Source of the DNA: Emiliania huxleyi CCMP1516
Taxonomy: Eukaryota
Direction of reading: 5' to 3'
NCBI RefSeq assembly: GCF_000372725.1
Contig: NW_005202428.1
Coordinates: 2,407,791 to 2,471,790 of the forward strand
DNA length: 64,000 nucleotides
Position numbers and translations under genes: made by a program. Below are positions 24,461 through 37,665 of the stretch, piece after piece. The notes below the pieces were generated by a model that saw only the letters and a program-made list of their open reading frames with translations, did no database searches and was not told where the DNA came from. How positions within the stretch are numbered: position 1 is the first letter of the stretch; the number at the start of each line of letters is the position of its first letter.

Positions 24461-24937
24461 ATGAATGCGACTGCGCACACGTACAACGCGAGCGCACCAC
24501 AGGTCTTTCCCTACGGCTACGAGCACACCCAGACCGGCTCGCCGCTCATCATCCTCATCATTGGCGGCGTGGCGCGTCTCCTCCTCTTCATTTGCTGTGG
24601 GCTATTCGTCCGACAACGCATGCTGCCGGAGCAGAGCGAGATGCGCAGGTCGGCGCTTTGCTCCGCAATAGCCACGCTGCCAACCCGGAAGGCCGCCAAT
24701 GAGGTCCACGAGTGCTCAATTTGCCTCTGCCCGGCGGTCGAGGGCGAAGAGTTAACGACGATGCCGTGCCAGCACGAGTTCCACACAACCTGTATAAACG
24801 AATGGCTGGTCCGTACGGCAGACGGCACCCCTGCCTCGTGTCCACTGTGCAAGTGCCCCGCCTTCGAGCCGCAGTTGAGCACGGAAGACCAGGTCTATCC
24901 CCACGGCTCATTGACCCGTTACATGATCATGAGGTGA
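24461..24937 (+). CDS. TM-anchored RING-H2 E3 ligase (ATL-like)
   Basis: TM segment, then CSICL..MPCQHEFHTTCINEWL..CPLCK. Confidence 0.88.
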   Translation: MNATAHTYNASAPQVFPYGYEHTQTGSPLIILIIGGVARLLLFICCGLFVRQRMLPEQSEMRRSALCSAIATLPTRKAANEVHECSICLCPAVEGEELTTMPCQHEFHTTCINEWLVRTADGTPASCPLCKCPAFEPQLSTEDQVYPHGSLTRYMIMR

Positions 24938-25601
24938 CAGGGCGTGTCGTTGCGAGGCGACGTTTGTCTGCCTCTCACTCAAGACGACAGGCGGCGCGTC
25001 CACGTGCAAAGTTCTACGGCTTGTGGCACAGTGCAGGAGGATGGGGAAGGTTGCGCAAATCGCAGCCCGGTCCTCGTGTGGGGATAGGTGAGTGTGCAAG
25101 TCACACAACATTGCATTGTGCAGCGTTCACAGTGGCGCCGCCTGCCACATGTTCTCGCTGGCGGTCGAGATGGAATGGCTCGCAATGATCGCAATCGTAA
25201 CACGCGTCGTGCATAAATGCACGACGCGATGGCGAGCGAGCCGTGTGATCGGAAAATCCGTGTGTGACCGGCGCGTCTCGAGTTGCGGGTGTGAGCGTAA
25301 CCGTGTGTGAGCGTGCGTGCGTGTGCACCCGTTTCAATGTAATACACACAGCTCCACGATGATCTCTCGGCGCGGGGAGTGAAACGCGCTCGTTCTCGCG
25401 AAAAGACCTCTCCGGACAGCGCCGCGTACCGCTTTTTTGCCTGCTTGCGGTCTCTCGAGAGACGAGAGTCGCCGCGCGTCAAGTTGGTGCCTAGGCTAGA
25501 GGCCGGTTGGAGAGTGGCCGAGAGGTGTGGGTGAGCGCGATAGAGATCAAGGGATCCCACGTTGATGCCTGGTGTATCAGCCTCCTCTCAAGCAAGCTCC
25601 A

Positions 25602-26364
25602 TCAAACCGCCACGCTCTTGGGGACAGGCTGCGGCTCGGGTTGCGGGACCGCGTACACAGCGACGGCCGCGGGCGCTACTACCCTCATCGCGGTGGGTTG
25701 GAAAGGCGACAGGGGCGCGGAGGCGATGGCACGAGCTGCCTGCAGCGAAAAGACCGTCAGCAGGCCAAAGAGGACACAGGCCACGGAGTCAAAGAGGATG
25801 ATTGGCCAGATGAGCCACGCGAACAATCCAGTCAGGTGCTCGCAATCCTCGCTGCTGCTGTCGTGGTTGCCCGAGGCGTATTCGTCGCAGTCGACACTGT
25901 CACTGGATACCACGGCCCAGAGCCAGACGTAGATGACCACGGCAGTGAGCTGCATGGCGGAAGCAAAGGCGCAAAGCCAGGCGGCGCCAACGTGTGCTCC
26001 ATGCGATGGCGCGTCTGGTGTGCCAGAGCAACACAGGATTATCGAGGCGCCGGCTATGGCCAAGAGGCCGCTGAGCCCGGGCCACCAGTAGGTGGCGACG
26101 CCAAAGTTAAGAAAGGTGATTACCGCAAACACGAGAACGGCTGCTGCGAGGCTGCGTGCTTTGTTCACCTGGAGGAGAAGCCGCGGTTCAGCGTGGTGCG
26201 CAACGTGTGTGGGGCGCTGCTGGAGCGTGCCTCTGGCAGTGACATCGTTCTTGCCGAAGGCGAGCCGGGCGTGGCGAAGGCGAGCCGGATGTGGCAGGGA
26301 GCCGGACGAATGCGAGCGGGTCACAATCGCGGGCACGGCGGGCGGCGCCAAAGGAAGTGTCCAT
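25602..26364 (-). CDS. Hypothetical ~4-TM membrane protein (start/first intron uncertain)
   Basis: Four hydrophobic segments in ORF 25602-26351. Confidence 0.6.
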
Positions 26365-26540
26365 GTTTTCTTTTTACTAGTGTAATGTAAAGCTCTTCCG
26401 ATATTCCATTCCTTGGAGTTAGGCTCGAGTCCCAGGCACCGCCCACAGTCTCACAGGGAGTCGGTGCTTGATCCGGCGCCCGACGCCCGGCGTTGCGAGG
26501 CACGCGGTGTGCCCGACGGTTCGCGCGGTCGCGGTGAAGG

Positions 26541-27841
26541 CTAAAGAGGCGGTCCTTCAAACGCTGGAATGCCTCGTTCTGCTTTCGCATCGAGCCCTCC
26601 AGCTCGCCTCCACTGCCGTGGTGCGTGGTCGCGGAACCACCGCGCACGCTCCTGCAGGAACTCGTCCTCAATGTCAAAGTCCGTGGCTACCGGTGCGGGC
26701 GAGAGCGGGCGTTGCATTTGCTGCTGTCGGCTGAATGATGCGATGGTCCACTCGCAAGTCACTGGCACCGTCGCGCCTCTCGGCACCTCGTCCCAAGGCC
26801 GGCCGTAAAATAAGGAGATGCGCCCCTGCAGCTCCTGGTCGAGCTCATATGCGTCGCTGTCGTCAGGCGCCTCCTCGCGTGGCCGCCTCACTGGCGAGTC
26901 CGGGTAGGAGAAGTAACAGTCATCCCCGTAGGCGGGCGAGCCAGGAGGTGTCGGACCTCCACCGCCTGGAGCAAGCTGCGCCTCGAGCCATGCCTGTGAC
27001 GCCTCTGAACCCGGGTCGCGCAGGTATGCATCGGCCTCAGCAGCATCGCCCGTGTAAGCTTCATACGCGCAAAAGAAGGGGTTTACACGGCGGTTGCGAA
27101 AGTTGGCAATGCTGCCACGGGTGGAGAGGCCCCAAGCACCAGTCTCAAAATAACCCAAATTTTCTCTGAAGCGTGTGCGAGGTCGTCTTGCTTCTCTCGC
27201 TCAATCCGCTCACGCTCGAGTTTAGCCCGCTCCTCATGCCGATCGGCCTCAACGCCATCCCAGCCCTCCGGCACCCGATCCCCACCTGACGGCTGCCCGT
27301 CGTTGGCGCGCGGCTCCAAAAGCGCCTCGTCGAAGTAGTCACAGGTGACTCCAGGCACGTCTGGGGCGATGCCTACGCCATCGTAGGTGCACGTGAACGC
27401 ACCCTCGCACATGCAACCGTCCATGCACTCGAGCCGGGCGCGCTCGTACGCTTCGGAGGCGCGCCACTCGGTGATGCGTTCACCGTCGATCGGCTGTCCA
27501 GGTTGCTGTGGGTCGAGCAGCCAGTCACGGAAATCCTCAACCTCCGCCACGCCGAGAGCTGCCTCCGACGCGACCTTTGCCACCGCAGCGTCAAAGGCGA
27601 GGCTGTGATTCCTTGCTCTCACGCTGCTCACGGCGGCGTCGCTGCTGGTTGGCCACTCATTTCGTCGCCCGCTCCCCTTGCGACATGGCGGCGGCCCTTC
27701 GCTTTGCGCCGCTTGCGAGCCCAGCGGTGAGCTGGTGATGCTGTGCTGTCGGCTGCGCTTGCCGGATGACTCCCCCACGACGCCAGCAGCCTTCCTGCGT
27801 GGTCGCCTGCGTCGCATCCTGCGTGGTCGCCTGCGTCGCAT
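26541..27841 (-). pseudogene. Frameshifted hypothetical ORF pair, possibly TE-derived
   Basis: Protein-like acidic ORFs 27083-27841 and 26541-27158 overlap near 27160; 24-bp tandem repeat ~27793-27853. Confidence 0.35.
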
Positions 27842-28248
27842 CCTGCGTGGTCGGTGGCCGGTGGCGGTTCGCGCTCTCGCTCCTTGCCCCCCATGCGCGC
27901 CGGCTGTTGGCTCCCGAGCTGAGGCCGACGATTTGCGGCGGGACGGCCGAGTTTGAATGAGCTGGTTCGCGGCTTCAAGAGCGGTCGGCGCTCCGGCACA
28001 AGAGCTCGACGAGCTAGATACTTGAGCTCAACCGCCGCCGCCTGCGCAAGAGCTCTCGACCGGAGTCGGACTTCAGACCCAACGCGGCCGTCAGAAATCA
28101 CGCCTGCGTGGATCGCGTCACACCATTCCTCGCTACCCAACATACATATCCCCCTCGAGAACCTCGAGAGAGACCCTTCGCCGTGCAAAAAAATCCCTGC
28201 CCTGCCTTCCACGTCACGCCGCGCCGCGCAAGTCAGCCTCGGATTTTG

Positions 28249-29849
28249 ATGTCGTCGCGTCTGTCGCCGTGCCTGGCCGTGGTCGCGCTGCTCGCGATCG
28301 CAGCGTACACCTTGTACCGCACCCGAGCGGAGCACCGCGTCGAGATCCCTCCCGTGCGAGAGCTCGCGGTGGCGGTGCAGGCTGCCAACGGGCTCTACCT
28401 GGCTGTCGGCGAGGACGGGCTGGTGCGGGCAGGCAGCAGGTCGCCCACCGCGCAGCAGGCGGCGCGCTTCCGGTTGCTTCCAGTGTCGCAGTCGTCCGCA
28501 CACGAGCTGCAGCGCCTCTCCGCCGCCCACGAGCTCCGCTCCACCGCCACCAAGCGGCGGACGCGATCGGGATGTGAGTGCTCCGGCTTTTCGTCAGACT
28601 ACGGATTCGGGCGGTACTGCCACGAGTGGGAGAGCTCCTTCGAAGACCCGTGGTGCTATGTCGACGACGCATGTGCCGGCGGACGCTCCAAACGGGGCTC
28701 CTTTGGCCGCAGGCATGAGACGTGCGCACTCGCGCCGCCGCCCTCGCCGCCGCCCTCGCCGCCGTTCCCGCCTCCGCCGCCGTACGTGGAGCCAAAGTGG
28801 CAGCCTCCGCCGGGGTGCAACTGCTCGGGCTACAGCAACGAGCACGGGTATGGCGCGCACTGCGCCGCGTGGGAGAAGCAGCACGACGAGTGGCAGACGC
28901 CGTGGTGCTATGTGGACGCCGCCTGCCCGTCCGGGCGCTCGGGCTCGTTCGGGCGCAAGCACGCGGACTGCGTGCAGCCGGTGGAGTCGTTTGGGGCGAG
29001 TCCGTTTGGAGGGGACGCCGGGCCGCGCAGCCTCGGCGAATCTCGGGGCGCGGGCGGGGCGCGGCGGCTCGAGGAGATCACGGTGCGCAGGTCTCGGTCG
29101 GAGGAGGTCATGATGTACTCTCGCTCGCGTCGCGAGCGCAAGTTTGCCCGGCGGGAGGCGGCCGAGAGGCAGGCGCAGGAGGTCGCCAGGCAGGCGTCTG
29201 ACTTCTTTATGCTCGTCTCCGAGCGGACCGGCGCCTTCCTCGCCGTCGACCTGCCGCCGCACGACAGGGCGCCAAAGCTCCGCTCGACAGACGCGGCGGC
29301 CTGTGGGAGGTTGCCCGAGACCAACCCGAGATCGCCCGAGATTAGGCGCTGATGCTCCGCTCGACGGACGCGAAGCTGAGCGACGCCGCCGTCCTCGCGC
29401 GCATGCCAGACGGACGCATCCTCGCCGCCGCCGCACGGTCAGGCCCCTTCTCTCGTCGGCCACCTTCGCCGCAACACTCTCTCTCTGCGGCCCGCCCCCT
29501 CTCTCTGCCGCTCCCTCCCTCTCCGCTGCCATCGCCACCGCTTCCCTCGCCACCGCTCCCGCCGCAGCTGCTCCCGCCGCAGCTGCTCCCGCCGCCGCGC
29601 CCCCAGGTCCTTCCTCAATCTGTGCGGCCCCTTCTCCTCCCTCTCGTCCGGCGAGGCCGAGACGGGGCAGGCTGTCTGCGCGGGCGAGTCCGCCCATGGG
29701 CCGATCCGAGCTGTCTGCAACCAGCGTCTTCACGCGTCTGGCCGTGCGCAGGCACGCGCGAGTCGGCCGACGAGCCGCACTTCAAGCTGCTGCGCGGCAA
29801 CCACGCCATGCAGATCAACACGACTGTGCTCCGCATTCAGCCACTGTGA
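28249..29849 (+). CDS. Membrane-anchored/secreted protein with fascin-like segments and two Cys-rich PWCYV (kringle-like) modules
   Basis: N-terminal TM; VAVQAANGLYLAV; two CxCSG..G.G..C..WE..PWCYVD.AC..GSFGR.H..C repeats; Pro linker; two likely introns. Confidence 0.65.
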
Positions 29850-30340
29850 GGGAAGAGCTGCGGGGCGCAGCGCCGCCAGCGCATGGCTTCCCCTCGGGCT
29901 CGTGTGCAGAATGGAGACAAGTGTGTAGCTGCGTGTGTCTCTGAGAGAGAGTCTCCGAGATAGCGTGGCGCGTACACGTATATGGCTTTGTGCGTGGTGA
30001 TGGACCGAATTTGCGTTTTGCGCTGCCTCTTGCGCGCGTGTGTCTTGAGTGTAATTCACGATCAGGTTTTATATACGCGGCCCAGCGGGCGATGCGGCGG
30101 GGCTTCCTTTGGTGTGCTGGCTCCAGCTCAGGTCAGAGGGCCCAGCCACTCGTCGGTTGGGTGTAAACAAGCATCCCCGAGTGGCTTCAAACCAAACAGG
30201 GTGTGAATAGAGCTGTCTTGATGGTGCTGAGGACGAAGCCACCTCAAACGTTGATGAAGCCGCGAGTTTTTATGTATGTACAAAGAGAGACGATTTAGGT
30301 TTGGGGCAGCGCGAGTGGGCGAACTTTTCGGCGGTCGTGC

Positions 30341-30935
30341 TTTTCGGCGGTCGTGGAGGTCGTGGAGGTCGTGGAGTGGCGAGTCACGCTCGTGCGGACA
30401 GCATCGATGCCGTCGCCGGACGCGGCGGCGAGGCACACGGGCGCAGCGTGGCGCGTCGGCAGGCCCATCACGAGCGGATGCGCGACGAGCGCGCTCGGGA
30501 AGCGGCCGCGGGCGACGCGGAGCTTCCGCCGGAGGACGACGTGGTCGAGATGGCGAGCGCCGTCCACGTGCTGGACAGCGTGGCGGAGGTGGGCCCGAAC
30601 TACACCCTGCTGCGCAGCAAGGAGACGAAGGCGAAGCGGCGGAAGCGACAGCGCGAGGATGCCAGGGCGGCGCTCGACGGCCACACTGTCCTGTCCACCG
30701 GATTGCGCCTCGAGATATTCTGCGACAGCGAGCGGTGGTACCCTGCGACCGTCATGGCGCGGGAGGAGGACGGGGACGGACGGATCGTGCACGAGGTCGA
30801 GTACGACGGCTACTCGGATCGGCGGTGGTGGCACATGCTGGACGACGAGCGGTGGCGAGCCGTCCCAGAGCAGGCCGGCGCGGGCGCAGGCGGCGCTGCC
30901 GGAGACGGGGATGGGTTGCGGCGATGGACCGCTAG
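30341..30935 (+). mobile_element. Repeat H encoding a Tudor/Agenet-like domain
   Basis: 30341-30795 matches the rc of 59435-59923; GLRLEIFCDSERWYPATV..HEVEYDGYSDRRWW. Confidence 0.55.
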
Positions 30936-31004
30936 TATATCCTGTTTTCGAAAGAAAGAAAGTGCCCCGTTTGTGCCGCGTCCCGTGCCCCCCGAGTTCA
31001 TTTT

Positions 31005-31112
31005 AAAAAGAAAGAAAGAAAGAGACAACGCAAGGGAGGGATGGGAGGACGGCACGCCGCCACCACACAGGGATTTTAAGGAGAGGGGTGTGATGCGCTA
31101 GCCGTCGCCCTC
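31005..31112 (-). mobile_element. Family C 3' fragment
   Basis: Same 3' UTR and (TTTC)n tail as the other C copies. Confidence 0.75.
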
Positions 31113-32007
31113 CCTAACACTTCCTCTAGTTTTCATTAGCTGTGAATGTTTATGCCCGCCGCAGGACCGCCCTATTCCACTCGGCACGCGCCACGGGCCA
31201 CGAGAGGCCTGGTAGAGCCCAGCTGGCATGTTCTATCGCCCGGGTGTCGGGCTGTCTGCATACAGACGTCTCGTCGCCGTGGCCGACGCGTGGTCCGACG
31301 TGTGGAGGAGTTTGACCTCAGCCAGGCCGTCGGTGTCGGCTGGCTGACGGCGGCCGCCGGAATCGCGATTCGCTCTGCCAGCTGCCAGCAGCCTCGTGTC
31401 GCCGCTCTCGTTGGCGCAGCAGCAGCGATTGGCCTTTGCGCCGTCGCTCGACGGCGTCACCGCCCATCTGACCTGCGCAGCTCCTGCAGCTCCTGCAGCT
31501 CCTGCTGTCAGTCTTCTGCTCTCAGACACGCACCTCACTCGCCGCACGCGGATTGTGCGCCGCGCCAAGCAGGACACGTGCTCATGCAAACAATGCGAGA
31601 ACTTGGTTGCGCCGCTTAGTGGCGGCGCTGCTAGGAAGTGGCAGCGTGGGAAGCAAAGCAGATGGAGGCGGCGCGGCATGCCAAGGAGCTGCTGCTGGCG
31701 GAGGTTGAGCGGCTAAGTGCAGCAAGGGCCAAGGGCAAGAAGGGCAAGAAGAAGAAGAAGAATGTGGGCGTGGGCGATACGGGCGCCGCTAGGCTCAACG
31801 AGGAGATGCTGTGCATTACAGAGCTCGTAGCGAGCTCGATTTTGATGAGAATTTGATGAGAAATATCTCAATTTTGAGCAAAAAACGCCAAAAAAATCGG
31901 CGCCTGCGGCGGGCCAGCCTCCGGCGGCGCCTGCGGCGGGCCGCTGGGGCCTCCGCCCCAGACCCTGTTTACACCCGAGCTATGCCCCACGACCTGAGCC
32001 GGAGCCG

Positions 32008-33633
32008 CTATAACACGTTGCTGAGCCCTGGTATGCACCGCAGCAGCGCCCCGAGGGCCCAGCAGCCAATCACGGACAACGTCGACGTCGCCAGCCAGCC
32101 CAGCACGAGCGCCGCTTCGGGAAGCCGCGTCGCCGACGCCCAGCTGCCCGGCCGAAAGTAGGTTGGATGGCCGAGGGCAGCGAGAGCCTCCGCATAGCCG
32201 TACACGATCAGCGGTAGCACCAGGCCCTGGACGAGGTAAGCCGAGTAGGCCACCTCGCATAGCCGGCGGGACGAGGCCGTCTGCCAGTTGGCGTGAAGGC
32301 GGGACCAGTCGAGGAGCGCGACCGTGAAGGCCATGCAAAACACGCCGACGCACGTGCCGACGCCGAGCATGCAGAGCACGAAGCCGAGAGATATGGTGTC
32401 CACGTCACGGCCGTCAAAGTTGTCCTCCTTCGGGAGGGGCCCCGCTGCAGGATCCTCACCGGGCACGGCTGGCATAAATTTGAGGCCGCCACCACTGATG
32501 TAGAGCGTTGCGGTGAAGGCGAAGCCACCGGCGCCGACGATGGCGGAGACAATCCGTGCGGCTGTGCGCTCTGCGGCGCTCAGCTCTGGCAAGTGGACGT
32601 CGAGCCATCCGTTGCGACGGGCGCGGATGCCGCCTGCGAGAGAAATAAGCGTGTTGGGAGGAGGCTAGAGGGCAAGGGTTGCGTGTGGTAGAAGAGCAGT
32701 AGCAGGTTCCTCGCGGTCAGTTCCGGTCGAATCTCAGGTGTTCTCACCTTCGAAGAAGATGATGTAGAAGGGAAAGGTGCCAAATGTGAAGGGCAACGTT
32801 GCCAGGTTGGACACGAACGGCATCATAGCCGCGTTGAGCGCGCCGCAGCACGCGCCGAGCAGACACAGCGCGGCGAGCGAGGGCGGGGCCGAGGGGGTGA
32901 GAGACGCCGCCTCAGCGGCCCGCATGCGGAAAGAGTAGCCGGCGTTGAATATGCAGAGCCAGGCGAGGAACCACGTCGGCCCCGGGTCGGGCGCGTAGCC
33001 GGGCGACTGCCCGCGCAGGAGGGCCAAGAGGACGTTGATGGCCGGGCCAATGACCAGCACGTAGCAGACGAATGGGATGCCGAGACGGGTGAACTTGTCC
33101 TGCATGAAGGCAAACTCACCCTTGCGCTGGTGCGATGAGGGCGTAAAGTATGCCGAGATGAAGAAGAAGAGGCTCATGAAGTAGGATGCGTTGAGCGCCA
33201 TGAAGGCAACACCAAAGGCCTGGAAGGGATGGAGGTAGTCGCCAAGCATGTAAGCAAAGCCGCCCGTACCGAGGAAGCTGGCGGTGCAGTGGTGCACTAT
33301 CACGAGCACTGTGAGCCCCAGCTTGAGGATGTCCAGCCACAGGAGGCGTGTCTTGACCGGCTTGGTGGACTTGGTGGATTCCGTTGCAGTTGGGGTGTCA
33401 TTGGCCACCCGCGGTGCTTCCTTCTGGACGTCAGCTGGCTTAATGGCCCTTTTTACACAGAGAGGCAGGAGCCGACCGACAACGATGCAGACCGCAATCA
33501 GCGCAGTGAGGGCCTCGTTGCCGAATGGCACAAAGGCGCACACGGGAATCGCCAGCAGCTGCACCGTCCAGAGCACAACTACGCGGCACGTACGCGACGC
33601 GCAGCACGGTGCCTTCTCCGAGGTGGACTGCAT
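32008..33633 (-). CDS. Acyltransferase-3 (OpgC/OafA-like) multi-TM protein, 2 exons
   Basis: RLLWLDILK..LVIVHH, YFMSLFFFISAYF, DKFTRLGIPF, GPTWFL, AYSAYLVQ. Confidence 0.88.
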
Positions 33634-34047
33634 CGCCCAGTGAACGTAATTTAGTGCGATGCTTACGAGTACGATGGAGAGAGAGAGACGCGATGGGCAT
33701 TTCGTTGTCGATGGTTGGCAACAGAGAGACGCACACACTAGTCCCAGCCGCCTTGTTTATTGGCAGGCCTCTTCTCCCTACCCCCCTTTCCGTGATCTCG
33801 CTCCCTGCGGGCTCCGCGTACATGCATCTAGATATTTTTTTGCGTCCAGCAGTATGCATGTGTGTATGTAGGTGAGAGAGCGACATAAATAATTAAATAG
33901 AGCAGGCATCTCCAGGAGAGATGGGCAAAGAGACGCTGGCCATCTTTGTTTTTTTTCGTTCAATTCGTCGTCGGCGCGTCGGGCGATTTTGCCAGAACCG
34001 CCCGCGTCGCAAAAGTTGCGAGCGCACGCGCGCCTTTCGTGCGAGTC

Positions 34048-37000
34048 ATGACAAGTCCTGTCGCGGCGGGTCAAGGCTTACCAGTGGTGACCGTGACCAA
34101 GATCATCGACCACTCGCATTTGAATGCGGACGGAATGCTCTCCCTCTCCACCCTGCTGAAGGCGAGCCACACCACACGCAACCGCCCCTGCCCAAGCACT
34201 CTCGTCAGCGCCTCGTTGGCACCATAATAACATCTTTCCCGGCGCGCTCTCAAAAACCTCTCCCCTCCGCTTCAGTGGATGGACATCACCGCCTGCCTCG
34301 CCGCCGAACTGCACTGTGCGCCGGACGAAGCCTACGCGGGATGAGGCTGGCACAGCAAAGCCAGCGAGGCTCACTCTATCCGTTGACCCTCCTTACCGCA
34401 GGCCGCAAGATGAGCGTCACAATCTCGATGGACGAGGTCTCGTTCCCCGCAGAGGAGTATGGCAAGGTGGCAGTCGGGCAGGCCCTGTCGCTCCGCGGCC
34501 AGGTCAATAACGCCTTCAACACCTCGATGGAGGTCGGTGTTCTCGTCACCTCCGAGGCGCCACTTCCGAGCCACTTCTCACGTCACCCCAAGCGAATAGC
34601 ACACCCTCACCTTATGAGGTGCATACAGGCGCTCGGCACGGGCGCCACGGCCACCGTCTGCCTCGCCTTCTTCATCTTCGTGGCGATTGACGAGTCGGGC
34701 GGCAAGGAGAGCGTCGAGCCCGGCGCCAGTTCAAGGGGATCCCTCCAGCTAGACTTCAGCCAAGCCTATTCGTAGGCGCGCGTCGAACCGGTCGTGCCGG
34801 TCACCTTTGAGGAGCAGCACGAGTTTGCCCTCGCCGCCGAGCGCCGCAAAGTACGCATCAAGCGGCGGCAGGTGAGAGATACTCTCTGTAGAGCCTTCAC
34901 TGAAGCTCCAACGCACGCACCACAAGCTCGTTCACCTCACCGCAGGTCGAGAAGACAATGGCCAGCCGGCTGCTGCCGAGCCCGCCCGTCTCGCCCGTGA
35001 CGCTCCGCAGCTCCGCCGTGCGCAGCTCTCAGTTCGGGTCCACCTCCGCCGCGCGGACTTCGCGCCGGTCGTGGGTCGGCGCGCGGGCGCAGGAAACGCT
35101 GCAGTCGATGGACACGACTCAGCTGGTCCTCCCGCACCATGCGAACCACCACGGAAACACATTCGGTGCGGGACACTTCCGAGACTTCCGCCGCCACCGC
35201 GCCACCGCGCTCCACCGTTTTGCACATTAGGAATACCCAGCTCTAGACAATGGCGCCACGATAACGCATCAGCGTGTCCGTGATTTGACCTATCAGGTGG
35301 ACAAATCATGGCCTGGATGGCCGAATTTGCGAGTATTCTCAGCAGCCGGCAGGCGAAAGCGTCTCTCGCGGGAGGGCGACCGGCGGGCGCTGTGCAGGTG
35401 CACATCGAGGCGATCGACGCGCTCCACTTTATCTCGCCCTCCAAGACGGGCGACCGCATCTCGCTGCACGGGCACGTCACGCGCGTTTTCGGCACCTCGA
35501 TGGAGGCAACATGTCCAAACAGATAGCACTCATGGACATCAAAGAGGGAGTGGCCACGGCTGGCGCAGCGTCAGCCCGTCACAGTCCGTCTTATCCACCA
35601 TTGCTTGCGCTCCGGCTGCCCCTTTCGCAGGTGGAGATCTCAGTCCGCGCCTATGACGTGGCCGGCGGGCAGGAGAGCGCGCGGCACATCAACAACGGCT
35701 TCCTAGTCGTGCAGGTCTTGGGCGGCGACGGCCAGCCCCTCGCCCTTCGGCCGAGCCGCGCAGACATGACTGGTGACGACCCCGAGTCGCGGCCTCGGCA
35801 CGAGGCGGCCGCGTCGCGAGAGGCCGTGCGCGCGCTGCGCAGGCAGATGGGGTCGCTGCAGGTGCACACTTCTGCGATACTTCCGTCCTATTTGCACTGT
35901 GGCCAGAGAGCGGTTGCTCTTTTGCTGAGACACGTCCGAGGTTGTGGGAGTCGCGGTTTGCCCTGCAGGCGGGCGCCATGACATGGTCCGAGGACCTCAA
36001 GGAAGAGATGTGCATCTGCAACCTCTGGGGCGAGCTCCACATCAAGTTGCTATAATTCATCTTCGCCACATCTGACTCTTGCGATTTCTCCATAGGCGTG
36101 CTCCGCATCAGCCATGTCGACGAGTGGCACGAGCTCGCGGCCATGCCAAGGGGCAGCCCGCTCCCGGCGCCACTCGCCGCTTTGAACGCCGGCTCTGACG
36201 TAAGCCCGGCCGACATTGCCCTCTCCGCGAATCTTTGCACGTGGGGCTTGCCGCTCCTCTCAATCCGCGGGTGTTTGTCCGTCGACACCCCGCCGCCGCT
36301 CGTCTTTGAGTTGCTTAAGTCGCCGGAGAGGCGCGCCGCGTGGGACGTCCTCCTCAAAGAGGGACGGCTCGTTCGTCAGATTGGGCCGGACAACGCGATC
36401 GTCCACGAGGTGTCACTGAGCTTTATTCTCGTCTACTGTACTTCTGGATGAGCTCATACACCATGAGCTCACCCCCTAGGTCTTTGAGCCGCTTAGTGGC
36501 GATTTGGGCCGGCCGCACGACTACGCACTGATCAGCTCCTGGCGGTGCGCGCGGCCGACGGGCCCGCCTTGCCTGGCCGCTCCGAGATTGGCCAAAAGTC
36601 ACCTGAGATTGTTCACGGTCAGGTGTGAGAGCGACGGGTCATACGTGATCGCTTCGCGCTCGATTGTCGTGGAGGAAGTGCCGCCCTCGCCGCAATACCA
36701 GAGGGGCGAGGTGTTGCCTTCTGGCTGGTGGATACAACCGCAGACAGACGGGTCTGGCAGCGAGCTAACGTATGCCATCTAGGGGGGCGAAGGCTGCTGG
36801 GCCATACGATTGGCCAGGCTCGGCGATCGGTTGTAGGTACGTCATTCAGATGAGGGCCGAGCTTCTTGGCGTTGGCACAGATATTGCGTCGGCGCGCAAG
36901 GTTGCGTTCTCGCTTATGCCCAGCCTACTTGGCCTCGTGCGATTGTTGCAGTGCGGGGCGGGGGCGGGGGCAGAGGGCCAGGAGGGGCTCGGCTCGGACT

Positions 37001-37209
37001 TGCGTCAGGTTTTGCTCGCCATGACGTTGGCCCTATCTGTACTTGTACCTCCGCGATGTATCGGCCATCTCTTGGCTCTATAGGACCTTCTCACCAAGAT
37101 GCGCACCCTCTTCCACCGCGGCAGCAGCGAAACCAAAAAGAACGAGCAGGTGGTGGAAGGGGCAACGACGGGCCCTTTTGTGAGCCTCCTCTCAGGCAGC
37201 CGCGGCTGA
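34048..37209 (+). CDS. Acyl-CoA thioesterase with two hotdog domains plus a START domain (ACOT11/12-like), multi-exon
   Basis: LLKWMDITACLAAE, VNNAFNTSMEVGV, LVLPHHANHHGNTFG, RVFGTSME, RAAWD, IASRSI..RGEVLPSGWWIQP. Confidence 0.85.
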
Positions 37210-37665
37210 TGCTTTGCATCTAGCGCTCTTTTTGATTGTGTGTGTTTTGAGAGTTGTGTGTGCGAGCCCTGGGACCACTGTTACCGCCCACAGCTGCCAG
37301 CCGATGTATTTTTTGTCCCCGCGAGATCTATTGTTCTTTGTTGTATACAGAAGCTGGGATCTCTGCTGAGGGCCGGTGTGACTGAGGGAGAGTCGGCCCG
37401 TCGCAGCTCCCTTGGCTGTTGGCTCGTGTACACGACTTTACATCTGCACCTCATCGCCCAAGCAGCCGCGGTGCGCATCTCTCTCTTGTGTCGCTCATTT
37501 GGTGCTTCCCTCCTGCACTCCCGTCGGCGCCTCGAAGGCACTCGCGTTGGAGAGTAGTCTCGCCTCACTGTCCTCGCCCTCTCCCTCCTCGCTGGCTAGC
37601 AGGCGCAGCGCCACCTACGGGACGTGCTCCGGACACTTCAAAGATGCCCGTCCCGGCCCTGCTCG

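Noticed and set aside
26376..26381. Helitron 3' end (CTAG|T); similar at 30932-30936
   Set aside because: No convincing GC hairpin just upstream and no 5' end identified.
34707..34775. Non-canonical GA splice donor in the thioesterase
   Set aside because: In-phase GT (34713) and GC donors exist nearby, so GA is not required.
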